Below are positions 61,568-64,000 of a stretch of 64,000 nucleotides of DNA, piece by piece. Made by a program: the position numbers and the translations under genes. The notes under the pieces were generated by a model. That model saw only the letters and a program-made list of their open reading frames with translations. It was not told the origin of the DNA and ran no database searches. Numbering within the stretch: the first letter of the stretch is position 1; every line of letters starts with the position of its first letter. Where the stretch lies: NCBI GenBank assembly GCA_026770705.1, contig JANJGN010000038.1:5704001-5768000 (forward strand), written 5' to 3'. The DNA is from Isurus oxyrinchus. Its lineage: Eukaryota.

Positions 61568-64000
61568 GATCACTGTAATAGATCTTGTCTCAGTTGATAT
61601 GAATCCATTCCTTGAATCAGTAATCACTGTAACATACGATGACTCAGTTTATATTAATCCATACCATGCACCGGTAATCACAGAAATATTCCATGCTTCA
61701 GTTTATATTGATCTAGACCCTATATCAGTAATCTCTGTAATGGGCCCTGACTCAGTTGATATTAATCCATACCTTGTATCATTAATCACAGTAATAGACT
61801 CTGTCTCAGTTTATATTAATACAGACCTTGTTTCAGTAACCACTGTTAGAGACCCTGTCTTAGTTTATGTTAATCCATACATTACATTGCTAATCACTGT
61901 AATAGTCCCTGCCTCAGTTTATATTCATCTAGACCCTATATCAGTAATCACTGTATTGGACCCTGACTCAGTTATGATTAATCCATACCTTGCATCGGTA
62001 ATAACAGTAATAGACCCTGTCTCATTTTATATTAATCCAGGCCTTGTATCAGTAATCACTGTAATAGATCCTGTCTCAATTAATATTAATAAGGACATTG
62101 TATTGGTAATTACTGTAGTATACTCTGTCTCAGTTTCTTTTAATCCATGCAATGCATTAATAATCGCTGTAATAAACCCTATCTCATTTTTTTATTAATC
62201 CATACCTTGCATCAGTAATCACTGGAAGAGACCCTGTCTCAGTTTATATTCATTTAGACCAATTATCATTAATAAATGTAACAGACCCTGTCTCAGTTAA
62301 TTGTAATCGGTACCATGTATCAGTAATCACTCGAATATACCCTGTCCAAGTTTATATTAACCCAGGCATTGCATCAGTCATCACTGTAATCGACCATGTC
62401 TCAGTTGACATGAATCCATTCCTTGTATCAGTAATCACTGTAACATACCATGACTCCGTTTATATTAATCCATACCTTGCACTGGTAATCACTGTAATAA
62501 TCCCTGCCTCAGTTTATGTTGATCTGGACCCCATATCAGTAATCACTGTAATGGGCCCTGACTCAGTTGATATTAATCCATACATTGCATTGCTAATCGC
62601 TGTAATAGTCCCTGCCTCAGTTTATATTCAGCCAAACCCTGTATCAGTAATCACTGTAATGGACCCTGACTCAGTTGTGATTAATCCATACCTTGCTTCA
62701 GTAATCACTGTAATAGACCCTGTCTCATTTTATATTAATCCAGGCCTTGTATCAGTAATCACTGTAATAGACCCTGTCCCAGTTAATACTAATAAAGACA
62801 TTGTACTGATAGTTACTGTAATATACTCTGTCTCCATTTATTTTAATCCAAACAATACATCAATAATCGCTGTAATAAACCCTGTCTGATATTTTTGTTA
62901 ATCCATACCTTGCATCAGTAATCAGTGTAAGAGACCCTGTGTCAGTTTATATTCATCTAGACCCTGTATCATTATTCACTGTAATGACCCTGACTCTGTT
63001 GAAATTAATCCATACTTGTATCATAAATCACTGTAATAGTCCCTGTCTCAGTTTATATTAATGCAGACATTGTCTCAGTAATCACTGTAAAAGACCCTGT
63101 CTCAGTTTACATCAGTCCATATAGTGTAACAGTAATCCCTGTTACAGACCCTGTCTCATTTGCTATTAATCCATACCTTGCATCAGTAATCACTGAAGCT
63201 GACCCTGACTTAGTTTATATCAATCCATATCTTGTATTGGTGATCACTGTAATAGACCCTGTCTCTGTTTATATTAATCTAGACCCGGTATTAGAAATCA
63301 TTGCAACAGGCCCTGTCACGTTATTCTAATCCATACCATATATCAGTAATCACTTTAATAGATCTTGTCTCTGTTTATATTAATCCAGACCTTGTTTCAG
63401 TAATCACTGTAATCAGCCCTGTATTAGTTGATATGAATCCATACTTGTATCAGTAATCATTGTAATAGACCCTTTCTCAGTTTGTATTAATACATAATTT
63501 GTCAGTAATCACTATAATATACCTTGTCTAAGTTCATATTAATCTAGACCATTGATCATTAATAACTGTGACAGACCCCGTCTCAGCTTATATTAACGCA
63601 GACAATGCATCAGTGACAACTGTAATAGATGGTTTCTCAGTTGGTATGAATCCATTCTTTGTGTCAGAATTACTGTAATAGACCCTGTCTCAGTTGATGT
63701 GTATTCATAGCTTGTATCAGTTATCTCTGTAATAGACCCTGTGTCAGTTTATATTAATGCAGGAATTGTATTGGTAATTATTGTAATAGACCCTGTCTCA
63801 GTTTATGTTAATCCAAAACTTGTGTGAGTAGTCACCATGATAAGCACAGCCTCAGCTGATATCAATCCATACCTTGTATCAATAATCAGTGTAGTAGACT
63901 TTATATTAATACAGACCTTGTATCAGTAATCACTGTGATAGACCACGTCTCTTTTTATATTAATACAGACATTGTATTGGTAATTACTGTAATAAACCCT

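Larger units (their letters stand above)
50650..64000 (+). repeat. Satellite array, 54-bp dimer of 27-bp subunits, running off the window
   Basis: Consensus CACTGTAATAGACCCTGTCTCAGTTTA + TATTAATCCATACCTTGTATCAGTAAT; homogeneous block at ~51320-52912 and 55157-55280. Confidence 0.95.

Noticed and set aside
55472-62889. ORFs with 9-aa periodicity (VITVIDPVS/VYINPYLVS)
   Set aside because: By-product of a 27-bp monomer being a multiple of 3; frequent stops and frameshifts, and no splice structure seen.

Overview
Cartilaginous-fish (shark) genomic DNA; the Ig constant exons closely resemble horn shark (Heterodontus)-type IgM as I recall them. The core is one complete, unrearranged, apparently intact IgH minilocus on the minus strand (about 20.6-40.2 kb): leader-V-D1-D2-J-Cmu1-4(secretory tail)-TM1-TM2, with 12/23-compatible RSSs. 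Its V/leader looks IgW-like although the C region is IgM. On its left (1-17 kb) is a mosaic of duplicated units carrying about 11 mostly decayed tRNA genes. On its right (about 50.7-64 kb) is a hierarchical 27/54/~810-bp satellite. Degenerate remnants of that satellite, each headed by the same ~140-bp module with a CTCF-like motif, bracket the Ig cluster as direct repeats. Six Penelope-like retroelement (RT + GIY-YIG, hammerhead ribozyme) insertions are present. Five are 'tails-out' foldback structures, from a 4.9-kb palindrome to a 243-bp hairpin, and most have target-site duplications. The rest is CR1/L2-type LINE and SINE debris plus microsatellites. Family assignments rest on recalled motifs, not database searches.
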